From: an uncultured Bacilli bacterium
GTDB taxonomy: Bacteria > Bacillota_I > Bacilli_A > RF39 > UBA660
NCBI GenBank assembly: GCA_947598325.1
Contig: CANQFD010000001.1
Location: forward strand, 138,570-202,569
Length of the DNA: 64,000 nt
Direction: 5' to 3'
Shown here one piece after another: positions 21,621 to 31,513 of the stretch. The notes under the pieces are model-generated. The model was not told the origin of the DNA, made no database searches, and saw only the letters and a list, made by a program, of their open reading frames with translations. The position numbers were made by a program, and so were the translations under genes. Position 1 is the stretch's first letter. Each line of letters starts with the position of its first letter.

Positions 21621-22457
21621 TTAATAATTATAAATATCAATATTATTTATTTTATTATTATACTCTCCTTTTGTCATTAAAAATTTATATTTTTTTGGGT
21701 AAATATCATCATTTATAAATACATTATTTAATTTTACTGTTCTCTTTATATACATAACACCAAGTGTATAGATAGATAATATAAACATAAGTACAACAAA
21801 TAGGAAAACATTTGAATTTTTAAACAATAATACTATAATTGAAAAAAATACATTATAAATAGAATGAACTAATGTAGGCACAAAAAGGCTTTTTGTTATT
21901 TTTCTTATTTTGAAAATTTTAGTTTTTGAAAATTTTTCAATTGCAACATAATATCCCATTATTATTCCACATACTAAATGAAGTGGTATCGTTGTAAAAT
22001 TTCTAAGTATAGCAAGAGAACTCATTGATGAAAAATTTGGTTCATTAAATACATATGTAAGTGTTTCCATTGCTGCGAATGAAAGTGCTATTATAGCAGA
22101 ATATACAAAACCATCATATATATCATCAAAGTTTCTGTTATGTGATATAAAGCAATATAATACAAATAATTTAGCATATTCTTCAACCATTGCTAATATT
22201 ATTATTTTAAATATATTAAACTGTGTATCTGTAAATAGTCCTTCACTTATTATATTTAAGTTAGGTAAAATAACCTGACCAATAAGTAATGATAAACCAA
22301 TTGTAAAAACTCCAGAAGATGCACATATAAGTATAAAAATTAATGGTTCTCTTGATTTTCTATCTGAATATAAAATTAGAGATAATAATATAAATGTTGG
22401 AACCAAAGATAGCAATAATACAATCAAAAAAGATGTAACATCTAAATTTTCAAACAT
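21621..22457 (-). CDS. prsW: PrsW-family intramembrane metalloprotease
   Basis: YSDRKSREP, VEEYAK, FAAMET, HLVCG and HSIYN motifs in a multi-TM protein. Confidence 0.85.
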   Translation of the reverse strand: MFENLDVTSFLIVLLLSLVPTFILLSLILYSDRKSREPLIFILICASSGVFTIGLSLLIGQVILPNLNIISEGLFTDTQFNIFKIIILAMVEEYAKLFVLYCFISHNRNFDDIYDGFVYSAIIALSFAAMETLTYVFNEPNFSSMSSLAILRNFTTIPLHLVCGIIMGYYVAIEKFSKTKIFKIRKITKSLFVPTLVHSIYNVFFSIIVLLFKNSNVFLFVVLMFILSIYTLGVMYIKRTVKLNNVFINDDIYPKKYKFLMTKGEYNNKINNIDIYNY

Positions 22458-22510
22458 AAAATTACCTCCTACTATTTAAATAAATTATAACACATAAAAA
22501 TTTATAAATT

Positions 22511-22539
22511 TAATATTTAATCAAAACTAGACATATACT
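22511..22539 (+). promoter_or_regulatory. SigE-type promoter of sigK
   Basis: TAATATT-14 bp-CATATACT just upstream of the RBS matches the Bacillus sigma-E consensus in both boxes and spacing. Confidence 0.6.
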
Positions 22540-22557
22540 TTACTAGGAAGTGATATT

Positions 22558-23274
22558 TTGTTTTTAACAGTTTTGACTACTATTATAAAAAGTATGATCT
22601 GTTTTACTGGGAGTTATTCAAATAATATATTCCCAGATCCATTAAGTAAAGAAGAAGAAGAAAAATATATAAGTTTACATCTAAATGGTGATAAAGATGC
22701 TAGAAATAAATTGATAGAACATAATCTTAGATTAGTCGCGCACATTGTAAAAAAGTATGAAACATCAAGAAATGATATTGATGATTTAATTAGTATAGGT
22801 ATCATAGGTTTAATTAAGGGTATTGATACATATAAAAGTGATAAAAATATAAAACTTGCAACATATGCATCAAAGTGTATAGACAATGAAATTCTTATGC
22901 ATTTTAGAAATGATAAAAAAAATAGTAAAAATATAAGTATTGATGAATCAATAGGATATGATAAAGATGGTAATGAAATAACTATTATGGAAATATTAAA
23001 AACTCCAAAACCTGATTTTTTAGAAGATATTCATATAAAAAATAATATTTCATTGCTTTCTAAATATATGAATGTTTTATCAGATAGAGAAAAAATTATA
23101 ATATATAAAAGATATGGATTAAATAATGAAGATGAACAAACTCAAAAAGAAATTGCTAAAACACTTGGTATTTCTAGAAGTTATGTTTCAAGAATAGAAA
23201 AAAGAGCTTTAACAAAGCTCTTAAGAGAATTTATTAGAAATAATCAATACAATGATGAAAATGCTCAAAATTAG
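22558..23274 (+). CDS. sigK: Sporulation sigma factor pro-SigK (uninterrupted)
   Basis: Hydrophobic pro-sequence, then FPDPLSKEEE, LIEHNLRLVAHIVKKYE, DDLISIGIIGLIKGI, KLATYASKCIDNEILMHFR and TQKEIAKTLGISRSYVSRIEKRAL. Confidence 0.92.
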   Translation: MFLTVLTTIIKSMICFTGSYSNNIFPDPLSKEEEEKYISLHLNGDKDARNKLIEHNLRLVAHIVKKYETSRNDIDDLISIGIIGLIKGIDTYKSDKNIKLATYASKCIDNEILMHFRNDKKNSKNISIDESIGYDKDGNEITIMEILKTPKPDFLEDIHIKNNISLLSKYMNVLSDREKIIIYKRYGLNNEDEQTQKEIAKTLGISRSYVSRIEKRALTKLLREFIRNNQYNDENAQN

Positions 23275-23281
23275 CATTTTT

Positions 23282-23446
23282 TTACATTACATAAGTATTG
23301 ATTTTAGATAGTTTTTCTTTAGTTTCTTCATATTTTTTAATTTCGTAGTTATTTAAACCACATGATAGTTTTTTTAAACGATAATAATATACTAATTTTT
23401 TAAGTGAATCAATTTTATTTTTATTTAACTCATCATCCATGTACAT
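23282..23446 (-). CDS. Small hypothetical protein, 54 aa (absent from the ORF track)
   Basis: MYMDDELNKNKIDSLKKLVYYYRLKKLSCGLNNYEIKKYEETKEKLSKINTYVM. AAGGAGGG RBS and TTGACT-17-TAGTAT promoter. Confidence 0.65.
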   Translation of the reverse strand: MYMDDELNKNKIDSLKKLVYYYRLKKLSCGLNNYEIKKYEETKEKLSKINTYVM

Positions 23447-23641
23447 AATATCCCCTCCTTTTTAAGGCAACGAAATTAATACTATCATATAAATACTAAA
23501 AAGTCAATAAATATGACATTTCAAGTACATATAATATAATATTTCAAAATTCTATAAAAATGAAAAAAAATAAATTTTAAAATTTATTTTTTTAACTTTT
23601 TAATTAATTTTATTGTTCTATTATCATTTTCAATATTAGAG

Positions 23642-26600
23642 TTAAATCTTTTGAACATCAAGTTTAACTTCTATTCCATTTAAATTATAACTATCAGTTA
23701 GATTATCACTTTTAATTATATCATTAGATAATGTTTCTATTTTTATATATTCATTAAAATCAGTTATTATATTTTCTATATCTCCGTTATAATATAATTT
23801 AATTCTATCTGCTACATCGAAATTTTTAAGTTTTCTTAAATTTTGAACCTTTGATACAAGTTCTCTTGCTATACCCTCATTTAATAAATCATCTGTTAAT
23901 GTTGTATTTAATATAATAAAATTATTATTTCCCATAGCGGCATCAAATCCATCTTTAGATTTTATTCTAACTTCTATCATATCAGGAGTTATTTTAATAT
24001 CTTCATCATTTAATTTTGTATCTATGCTTTCTTTACATACTAATTTACTAATCTCATTTTCTGTTAAATTATTAAGTAATTTTACATAATCACCCATTTT
24101 AGATCCTAACATTGAGCCACAAACTCTAAAATTAGGTTTAATTTCATAATTCATATATTTGGATAGATCATCTTCATAAACCACATTTTTAACATTTAAT
24201 TCTTCTTTAATAAGTTCAGTTAAGTCTCCAATTATATCTTTATTTTTACCATCAAGTATAACCTCGCTTATTGGTTGACGTACTTTTATTTTAACTTCCT
24301 CTCTTGCATTTCTACCAAGAGAAATTAAATCTCTTATTAAATCCATTTTTGTTTCTATTTTTTCATTTATCATAGAGTCATCATATTTTGGATAATCTTC
24401 TAGATGTACAGAAGTTTTTCCTGTTAATTTAATATAAATTTCTTCTGTTATAAATGGAATTATAGGTGCTAATAACTTACATAGTCCAATTAAAATATTA
24501 TAAGTTGTTTTATATACTGCTTTTTTACTATTATCTAAAGTAGAAGACCAAAATCTTCTTCTATTTCTCCTTATATACCAATTTGATAAGTCATCATTTA
24601 AAAATGTAAAGAAATATTTTGTTGCCTTATTTAAATCATATTCTTCAAATGCATTTGTCACATTTTTTATTAACTTATTATATTTTGAAATAAACCATTT
24701 ATCAATTTCTTCTAAATCGTCATAACTTACATCAAAGTCTCTTGGATCTACATTATCAGTATTAGCATACATTTCAAAAAACGTATAAGTGTTTTTTAAA
24801 GTTCCAATGATTTTAGAATTAATTTCTTTAACTCCTTCTTCATCAAATCTAAGTGGTGTCCATACTGGTGATGCATTAAGCATATAAAATCTAATTGGAT
24901 CTGCACCGTATTTTGTCATAACTTCTTCTGGATCAATAATATTACCAACAGATTTGCTCATCTTTTTTCCATGAGCATCAAGCATCATATCGTTTACAAC
25001 AACATTTTTATAACTTGATACACCAGAAACTAAAGTAGATATGCAAATTAATGAATTAAACCATCCTCTTGTTTGATCTACTCCTTCAGCAATAAAATCA
25101 GCTGGGAATTGACTTTCAAATAATTCTTTATTTTCAAAAGGATAATGATATTGTGCATATGGCATTGCACCAGAATCAAACCAAACATCCATTACATCAC
25201 TTACTCTATTCATTACTTTGCCACATTTATCACATTTAATATGAACATTATCTATATATGGTCTATGAAGTTCAATGTTTTCAATATCGATATCATCTAT
25301 GCATTTTTCTTTTAATTCTTTTATTGAACCAATACAAGTTACATTCCCACATTCACAAGTCCAAATTGGCATAGGACATCCCCAATATCTATTTCTAGAA
25401 ATACCCCAATCTACCATATTTTCAAGCCAGTTAGCAAATCTTTTTTCACCAACGTAACTAGGATACCATTTGACTTTTTTATTAGCATTTATTATTTCTT
25501 GTTTTCTTTCTGTTGTTTTTATATACCACGCAGGTTTAGCATAATAAATTAATGGATTTTTACATCTCCAACAATGAGGATAATCGTGTTTAATTTTTAT
25601 CTTTTTAAATAATTTATCATGTTCTTTTAAATATTTAATTATTTCTATTTCTAGATTGCTATCTGTTACTAAACTACCCTCCCAAGGACCTATAGTATAT
25701 TTTCCTTCTTTATCAACTGAATTTACAAAAGCAATATTATTTATTTTACATACTCTATTATCATCTTCACCATATGCAGGAGCTAAATGTACTATACCAG
25801 TTCCATCTATATCAGTAACATAATTATCACAAAGTACTTTAAATGCATTTTTATCTACTTTAGCAAATGGTAAAAATTGTTCATACTCAATTCTTTCTAA
25901 TTCTTTACCTTTAAATTCAGATAAAATTTTATAGTCTTCTCCTAAAACTTTATCTGCAAGAGTTTTACCTACTATAAATTTAAAACCTTTAGATTCAACT
26001 TTTAAATAATCTAATGTAGGATTAACGCAAGCCGCAACATTATCTATAAGTGTCCATGGAGTTGTTGTCCAAACAAGTAAATAAGTATCATCATCTTTTA
26101 ATTTAAATGGAACTATTACAGTATTAACACTTACCTCTTTATAGCCTTGTGACACTTCATTTGCAGATAATTCTGTACCACATCTTGGACAATATGGTAA
26201 AACTTTATTTCCATAATATATTAATCCTTGATCAAAAATATTTTTTATAAGCCACCATTCAGATTCAATAAATTCATTTTTGCATGTAATATAAGGATTT
26301 TCCATATCAATAAATTGACCCATCTGATCTGTTACTTTTTTTACTATATCAATGTTTTTATCAGTCTCTTTATTACACTCTTTGCAAAAATTTTCAATAC
26401 CAAAATTTTCTATATCAATTTTAGATTTAAAACCTAGTTTTTTTTCTACATTAACCTCAATTGGAAGTCCATGGGTATCAAGTCCTATTTTTCTTAAAAC
26501 TCTGTATCCTTTCATTGTTCTATATTTACAAATAGAATCTTTAATCGTTTTTGCAAATACATGATGAATTCCAGGTTTTGCATTTGCATATATTGGTCCA

Positions 26601-26737
26601 TCATAAAAAACAAAATCTTTATTTCCTTCTCTATTTTTAATTGTTTTATCTAAAATATTTTCATCTTTCCATTTTTTTTGTATTCTTTCTTCTAATTTTG
26701 AATTTTCTTCTTTTTGTAAACTTTCAAATATTTTCAC
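23642..26737 (-). CDS. ileS: Isoleucyl-tRNA synthetase, type 2
   Basis: FYDGPIYANAKPGIHH, GLDTHGLPIE, WTTTPWTL, HDYPHCWRC, DWGISRNRYWG, EGVDQTRGWF and KMSKS; type-2 C-terminus RELVSKVQNLRK. Confidence 0.96.
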   Translation of the reverse strand: MKIFESLQKEENSKLEERIQKKWKDENILDKTIKNREGNKDFVFYDGPIYANAKPGIHHVFAKTIKDSICKYRTMKGYRVLRKIGLDTHGLPIEVNVEKKLGFKSKIDIENFGIENFCKECNKETDKNIDIVKKVTDQMGQFIDMENPYITCKNEFIESEWWLIKNIFDQGLIYYGNKVLPYCPRCGTELSANEVSQGYKEVSVNTVIVPFKLKDDDTYLLVWTTTPWTLIDNVAACVNPTLDYLKVESKGFKFIVGKTLADKVLGEDYKILSEFKGKELERIEYEQFLPFAKVDKNAFKVLCDNYVTDIDGTGIVHLAPAYGEDDNRVCKINNIAFVNSVDKEGKYTIGPWEGSLVTDSNLEIEIIKYLKEHDKLFKKIKIKHDYPHCWRCKNPLIYYAKPAWYIKTTERKQEIINANKKVKWYPSYVGEKRFANWLENMVDWGISRNRYWGCPMPIWTCECGNVTCIGSIKELKEKCIDDIDIENIELHRPYIDNVHIKCDKCGKVMNRVSDVMDVWFDSGAMPYAQYHYPFENKELFESQFPADFIAEGVDQTRGWFNSLICISTLVSGVSSYKNVVVNDMMLDAHGKKMSKSVGNIIDPEEVMTKYGADPIRFYMLNASPVWTPLRFDEEGVKEINSKIIGTLKNTYTFFEMYANTDNVDPRDFDVSYDDLEEIDKWFISKYNKLIKNVTNAFEEYDLNKATKYFFTFLNDDLSNWYIRRNRRRFWSSTLDNSKKAVYKTTYNILIGLCKLLAPIIPFITEEIYIKLTGKTSVHLEDYPKYDDSMINEKIETKMDLIRDLISLGRNAREEVKIKVRQPISEVILDGKNKDIIGDLTELIKEELNVKNVVYEDDLSKYMNYEIKPNFRVCGSMLGSKMGDYVKLLNNLTENEISKLVCKESIDTKLNDEDIKITPDMIEVRIKSKDGFDAAMGNNNFIILNTTLTDDLLNEGIARELVSKVQNLRKLKNFDVADRIKLYYNGDIENIITDFNEYIKIETLSNDIIKSDNLTDSYNLNGIEVKLDVQKI

Positions 26738-27696
26738 TAATTTATACCTCCTACAATTACATAACTATAATAAACAATAAATATAATAAGCATTATCATT
26801 CCTTCGCCTTTATCAATTTTCCTTTTCTTAAATGTTAATATAAATAAAAGGATAGCAGATAATATCATCATTAGCATATCTATATAATTAAATGATGATG
26901 CGCTAATATTACCTATAAATAATGCAGGAATGCCTACTACAATTCCAATATTAAAAATATTACTACCTATTATATTTCCTATTGCAATATCATTTTCACC
27001 TTTTCTAGCAGCTTGAACACTTGTAACTAATTCTGGAAGTGATGTTCCTAACGCTACTATAGTAAGTGATATCATTTTTTCACTTACATTCAATGTTTTA
27101 GCTATTAAGGATGCATTATCTACAACCATATTACTTCCAAATACAATTGATACTAAACCAACAATAACATATATTATTGACTTTAAAATACCATATTTAG
27201 GATTTTCTATATCTTTTTTATTGCCTTTCTTTGTAACACTAAATAAATAATATATAAAGATTGTAAAAAATAGAAGTATAACAATACCATCATTTCTTGT
27301 TATTTCATTTTTTAAATTACTAACAAATATGTTATCAAATGCTAATGTTGAAAGAAGTATAGAAAATAAAATCGTAAGTGGTATTTCTTTTTTTACAGTA
27401 TTATCCTTTACACACATAGATGAAAACAAACTAGATACACCAAGTATTAATAATATATTAATTATATTACTTCCTAATACATTTCCAAGTACTATATCAG
27501 AATTACCAGATAATGTAGCCTTAATTGAAACTGCAAGTTCTGGAGCACTAGTTCCAAATGCTACTATTGTAAGTGCAATTACCATTTTTGGAATTTTTAA
27601 ATTTTGTGCAATGGATGAAGAACCATCAACAAAAACATCAGCTCCTTTAATTAATAATACAAATCCAATTATTAAAAATAATATATATATTAACAT
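26737..27696 (-). CDS. Calcium/sodium antiporter (YrbG family, CaCA superfamily)
   Basis: Alpha repeats GTSAPEL...GNVLGSNIINI and GTSLPEL...GNIIGSNIFNI. Its stop overlaps the ileS start. Confidence 0.92.
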   Translation of the reverse strand: MLIYILFLIIGFVLLIKGADVFVDGSSSIAQNLKIPKMVIALTIVAFGTSAPELAVSIKATLSGNSDIVLGNVLGSNIINILLILGVSSLFSSMCVKDNTVKKEIPLTILFSILLSTLAFDNIFVSNLKNEITRNDGIVILLFFTIFIYYLFSVTKKGNKKDIENPKYGILKSIIYVIVGLVSIVFGSNMVVDNASLIAKTLNVSEKMISLTIVALGTSLPELVTSVQAARKGENDIAIGNIIGSNIFNIGIVVGIPALFIGNISASSFNYIDMLMMILSAILLFILTFKKRKIDKGEGMIMLIIFIVYYSYVIVGGIN

Positions 27697-27930
27697 AAAA
27701 ATCCTCCTTCCATATATAAAAAGATCTATGAATATAAGGACGAAATATTTTTCCGTGGTACCACCCTACTTCATAGACTCTTCTATGCACTCAAATTATT
27801 AACGCTAATTTACGTTTTATCCTACAAAAATTCAGATAAAAATATCAAGAGTGATCTAATATTTAAATGTTTATGTATTTACACCAACCATACACTCTCT
27901 TTTAAACATTATTAAATATTCGTCTCCATC
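27697..27930 (-). promoter_or_regulatory. Ile-specific T-box riboswitch
   Basis: On the minus strand: T-box AGGGTGGTACCACGG (27753-27767) followed by TTTCGTCCTT; stem I with AGAGAG and GGTGTAA loops; specifier ATC (27853-27855) in GATCACTC; downstream hairpin and U tract. Confidence 0.88.
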
Positions 27931-27935
27931 ATATA

Positions 27936-28412
27936 TTATATATTTATATCTTCTATGACTTCTATCTCATCAACCATTTTTAGTTGTTCTTCAAGATTCA
28001 TCTTTAATTTTCTTTTGAACATAACTATATTTTTTCTAAGGATTGACATCTCATACTCTATTTTTTGAGATCTAATCAAAGCATCATTAATTATAATACT
28101 AGCATTTTTATTTGCTTCTTCTATTAATAAATCTCTTTCTTGTTTTGCAACCCTTCTAATATGTTCTCCAGTATCTTCTGCCATAACAATTGCCCTATTT
28201 AAGGTTTTTTCAAGTTCATCGAATTTTCTAGCCTTTTCAATAATTTCAGTTGATTCAGTTTTTTTTGCAAGTTTTTCTCTTAACATTAAAATTTCTTCAT
28301 TTTTTTGTCTATTTGAATCTACCATTTTTTCAACCCTTGAAATTATTTCATCAATGAAATTATTAACCTCATCAGGATTATAGCCATGAAGTGTTCTACT
28401 AAATTTTTCCAT
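27936..28412 (-). CDS. divIVA: Cell division protein DivIVA
   Basis: FSRTLHGYNPDEVNNFIDEI followed by coiled coil; between sepF and ileS. Confidence 0.88.
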   Translation of the reverse strand: MEKFSRTLHGYNPDEVNNFIDEIISRVEKMVDSNRQKNEEILMLREKLAKKTESTEIIEKARKFDELEKTLNRAIVMAEDTGEHIRRVAKQERDLLIEEANKNASIIINDALIRSQKIEYEMSILRKNIVMFKRKLKMNLEEQLKMVDEIEVIEDINI

Positions 28413-28472
28413 TAAATCACCTCTTTAGCTATGCGTTATATATTAACACCTTTTATTCTTTTTGTCCATATA

Positions 28473-28874
28473 TTAATTATCTAAATCATCATTTTTTGTT
28501 CTTCTTGATTTATCTTCTTCTTCAGTTATTTTACCTTGTACATTAATATTTTTTGGAGTACATAAAAATATTCCTGGTCCAAGTTTTTGTAAATCTCCTC
28601 CAATTGCATATAAAGTACCACTTAAAAAATCAACTATTCTTTTTGCTTGTTCTGGAGTTACCCTTTTTAAATTAACTACTACTGTATTTCTCTTTTTTAA
28701 ATGATCCGCAATTTGTTGACTTTCTGAATATGCTCTTGGTTCAAGTAAAATCATTTTATTTCCTTCACTATTAGAATCTTTATAAGCTTCATCAATTCCT
28801 AGTGAATAATATTCATCTTCTGATATTTCTCCACCATTTATCTCTTTTCCTAAAATTTTATCTAACATTCCCAT
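28473..28874 (-). CDS. sepF: Cell division protein SepF
   Basis: [44 protein letters not shown] and IFLCTP. Confidence 0.92.
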   Translation of the reverse strand: MGMLDKILGKEINGGEISEDEYYSLGIDEAYKDSNSEGNKMILLEPRAYSESQQIADHLKKRNTVVVNLKRVTPEQAKRIVDFLSGTLYAIGGDLQKLGPGIFLCTPKNINVQGKITEEEDKSRRTKNDDLDN

Positions 28875-29022
28875 ATTATCCTCCTATATTATAGCTATAA
28901 TGATTTTATCATATTTTCTAGTAAAATTAAATAGATTTTTACAAATTTTATAATAAAATAATTGATAATCAATAAATAAATTAAAAATAGGAGCTTTTTA
29001 TATAAAATAGCAATATAAAAAA

Positions 29023-29058
29023 ATTTATAATTAATTTTTTAAAAAATTAATTATAAAT
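29023..29058. repeat. Perfect 36-bp all-A/T palindrome (terminator or cruciform)
   Basis: ATTTATAATTAATTTTTT-AAAAAATTAATTATAAAT immediately after the stop of 29060..29455. Confidence 0.8.
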
Positions 29059-29059
29059 C

Positions 29060-29455
29060 TTATAATACATTTCGTCTAAATGAAAAAACTACTGTATCTT
29101 CTATTGTTTTATCAATAAGATGACTTTCATTAATATCAAAATTTTTATCTTCAAGTACTTTTCCATATATTGTCATTATCCCTTTTAATTTTTTATATAA
29201 AAGAATACTATCACTATATTTTTCTTTTTTTAGCATAGATCCTTTTTTTAATAATAGTAAGGATTTTTCATAACCATCTGTTATAAGATCACCTTCAAGA
29301 TGAATCTTATATACATTTCCATTTGCCTCTTTATTAGAAAGCTTAGTATAGTTTTTAAGTATTTGTATAGGATAATAAGGAAGAATATCCTTTACAGATT
29401 GTGGTACATTATTTATAAATTCTAATATAATTGATAAATCTTCATTATTTTTCAT
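29060..29455 (-). CDS. Hypothetical protein, 131 aa
   Basis: ORF with an AAGGGGAG RBS; no recognised motif. Confidence 0.6.
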   Translation of the reverse strand: MKNNEDLSIILEFINNVPQSVKDILPYYPIQILKNYTKLSNKEANGNVYKIHLEGDLITDGYEKSLLLLKKGSMLKKEKYSDSILLYKKLKGIMTIYGKVLEDKNFDINESHLIDKTIEDTVVFSFRRNVL

Positions 29456-29521
29456 AATAACTCCCCTTTCAATAGTAAACTATACTAACATATTATTTAA
29501 TTATATACAAGAAATTTTTAT

Positions 29522-30901
29522 TTATAAATTTATTTTTTCTTGTACATAATCTTTTACTTCGGATATATTAACTACTATTTGATTCATAGTATCTCTATCT
29601 CTAATTGTTACTGTATTATTTTTTATAGTATCATCATCTATAGTAATACAATAAGGAACTCCTATAACATCACATCTTCTATATCTTTTTCCTATATTTC
29701 CATTTTCATCATAAATGCACATAAAATATTTACTCAAAGTATTATATATTTCTTCAGCTTTTTCCTTATGATATTTTTTAACAAGTGGTAAGATACCTAC
29801 TTTATATGGCGCTATTACTGGACTAAATCTCATTATTTCTCTTATTGATCCATCTTCTAACACTTCTTCATCATATGAATCTGATAAAACTGCTAGTGTG
29901 AGTCTATCACAACCAACAGATGGTTCTATTACATATGGAGTATATTTTTCATTTGTTTCTGGATCTAAATATATTAAATTAGTATTAGAAGAATTTGAAT
30001 GAACTTTTAAATCATAATCCGTTCTATCTGCTATACCCCAAAGTTCACCCCATCCATGAGGATAATTATATTCTATATCTGTAGTTGCTTTACTATAAAA
30101 TACAAGTTCCTCTTTTTTATGTTTTCTAAGTCTTAAATTTTCTTTTTTAAGTCCAATATCAGTTAAAAAATTCATCGCATATTCTTGATAATATTCAAAC
30201 CATTTTAGATCTTCTTTTGGTTTACAAAAAAATTCATATTCCATTTGTTCAAACTCTCTAGTTCTAAATGTAAAATTACCTGGTGTTATTTCATTTCTAA
30301 AAGCTTTACCTATTTGACCTATACCAAATGGAAGTTTTGCCCTCATAGTTCTTTGTACATTTAAAAAATTTACAAATATTCCTTGAGCTGTTTCTCCTCT
30401 TAAATATACCTTATTTTTGGTATCTTCAGTAACACCCATATGAGTTTCAAATAAAAGATTAAATTGCCTTATTGAAGTGAAATCTGACTCTCCACATTTT
30501 GGGCATTTTATTTTATTATCTTTAATATATTTTTCTAGTTTTTCATTATCCCAGCCATCTGCGGTTTCTTCTCCTTTTGTAAATTCTTCAATAAGCTTAT
30601 CAGCTCTATGTCTAGATTTGCATTTTTTACAATCAATAAGTGGATCAGAAAAAGATGAAACATGACCTGATGCTACCCAAACTTCAGGATTCATAAGAAT
30701 AGCTGCATCAAGTCCATAACTATTTGGATTTTCTTCTATAAATCTCTTCCACCATGCTTTTTTAATGTTATTTTTAAGTTCAACACCTATTGGACCATAG
30801 TCCCATGTATTAGCAAGTCCTCCATATATTTCACTTCCTTGGAATATAAAACCATACTGTTTACATATATTTGTAAGTTTTTCCATTGTTAATTTTTCCA
30901 T
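29522..30901 (-). CDS. glyS: Glycyl-tRNA synthetase, homodimeric alpha2 type (start MEKLTME at 30901)
   Basis: GFIFQGSEIYGG, DYGPIG, YLRGETAQGIF, GKAFRNEITP, FRTREFEQME and VIEPSVGCDR. Confidence 0.96.
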   Translation of the reverse strand: MEKLTMEKLTNICKQYGFIFQGSEIYGGLANTWDYGPIGVELKNNIKKAWWKRFIEENPNSYGLDAAILMNPEVWVASGHVSSFSDPLIDCKKCKSRHRADKLIEEFTKGEETADGWDNEKLEKYIKDNKIKCPKCGESDFTSIRQFNLLFETHMGVTEDTKNKVYLRGETAQGIFVNFLNVQRTMRAKLPFGIGQIGKAFRNEITPGNFTFRTREFEQMEYEFFCKPKEDLKWFEYYQEYAMNFLTDIGLKKENLRLRKHKKEELVFYSKATTDIEYNYPHGWGELWGIADRTDYDLKVHSNSSNTNLIYLDPETNEKYTPYVIEPSVGCDRLTLAVLSDSYDEEVLEDGSIREIMRFSPVIAPYKVGILPLVKKYHKEKAEEIYNTLSKYFMCIYDENGNIGKRYRRCDVIGVPYCITIDDDTIKNNTVTIRDRDTMNQIVVNISEVKDYVQEKINL

Positions 30902-31005
30902 TTTTATCTCTCCTTTTATGAAAAAAGACAATTCATATTTCCAAGAAAATAGTGCATCTATATTTATGAATTATCCTTGTTTTAATTACTGTTTAACTAA
31001 ATACA

Positions 31006-31479
31006 TTAACTATTTAAATATATATATTTTTTAATATTTTCATCAAATTCTTCTTTAGAATATTCTTCAATACATTTTTCTATCTTTACTATCATATCAA
31101 CAATCATATTCATAAGTAATTTTGTTCTGTCATCATATTTATTTAATTTATCTTCTATTTTTGACATATCTACCTTTGTATGTATTTCATCTTTTTTTAT
31201 ATCAAATTTGTATTCATCTCTCCAATATTTCTTTAAAGTAGAATTATCTAATAAATATATAAATTCATCTATTTTAAAATTTTTATTTTCATCTAATAAT
31301 TCGTTAAATTCATATCCAAATATATTAAATACATTTTTGCATATGTTTTTAAAATATTTAGAAATATACAAATCTCCATTTTCAGTTGCTTTTTTAGTAG
31401 AATAAGATGCAAAAAATAATTCTACAAAGTCTTCCATATTTTCTATTTTTTCTTTTCTTAATTGTACTTTCATATTCAA
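31006..31479 (-). CDS. Hypothetical protein, 157 aa
   Basis: Charged, helical-looking ORF with an AGGAAGG RBS; no recognised motif. Confidence 0.55.
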   Translation of the reverse strand: MNMKVQLRKEKIENMEDFVELFFASYSTKKATENGDLYISKYFKNICKNVFNIFGYEFNELLDENKNFKIDEFIYLLDNSTLKKYWRDEYKFDIKKDEIHTKVDMSKIEDKLNKYDDRTKLLMNMIVDMIVKIEKCIEEYSKEEFDENIKKYIYLNS

Positions 31480-31513
31480 AACCCTTCCTAGGTAATTATA
31501 ACATAAAAAAATA

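Noticed and set aside
22558-23274. skin-like element interrupting sigK
   Set aside because: The reading frame is continuous through all conserved regions and no recombinase is nearby.
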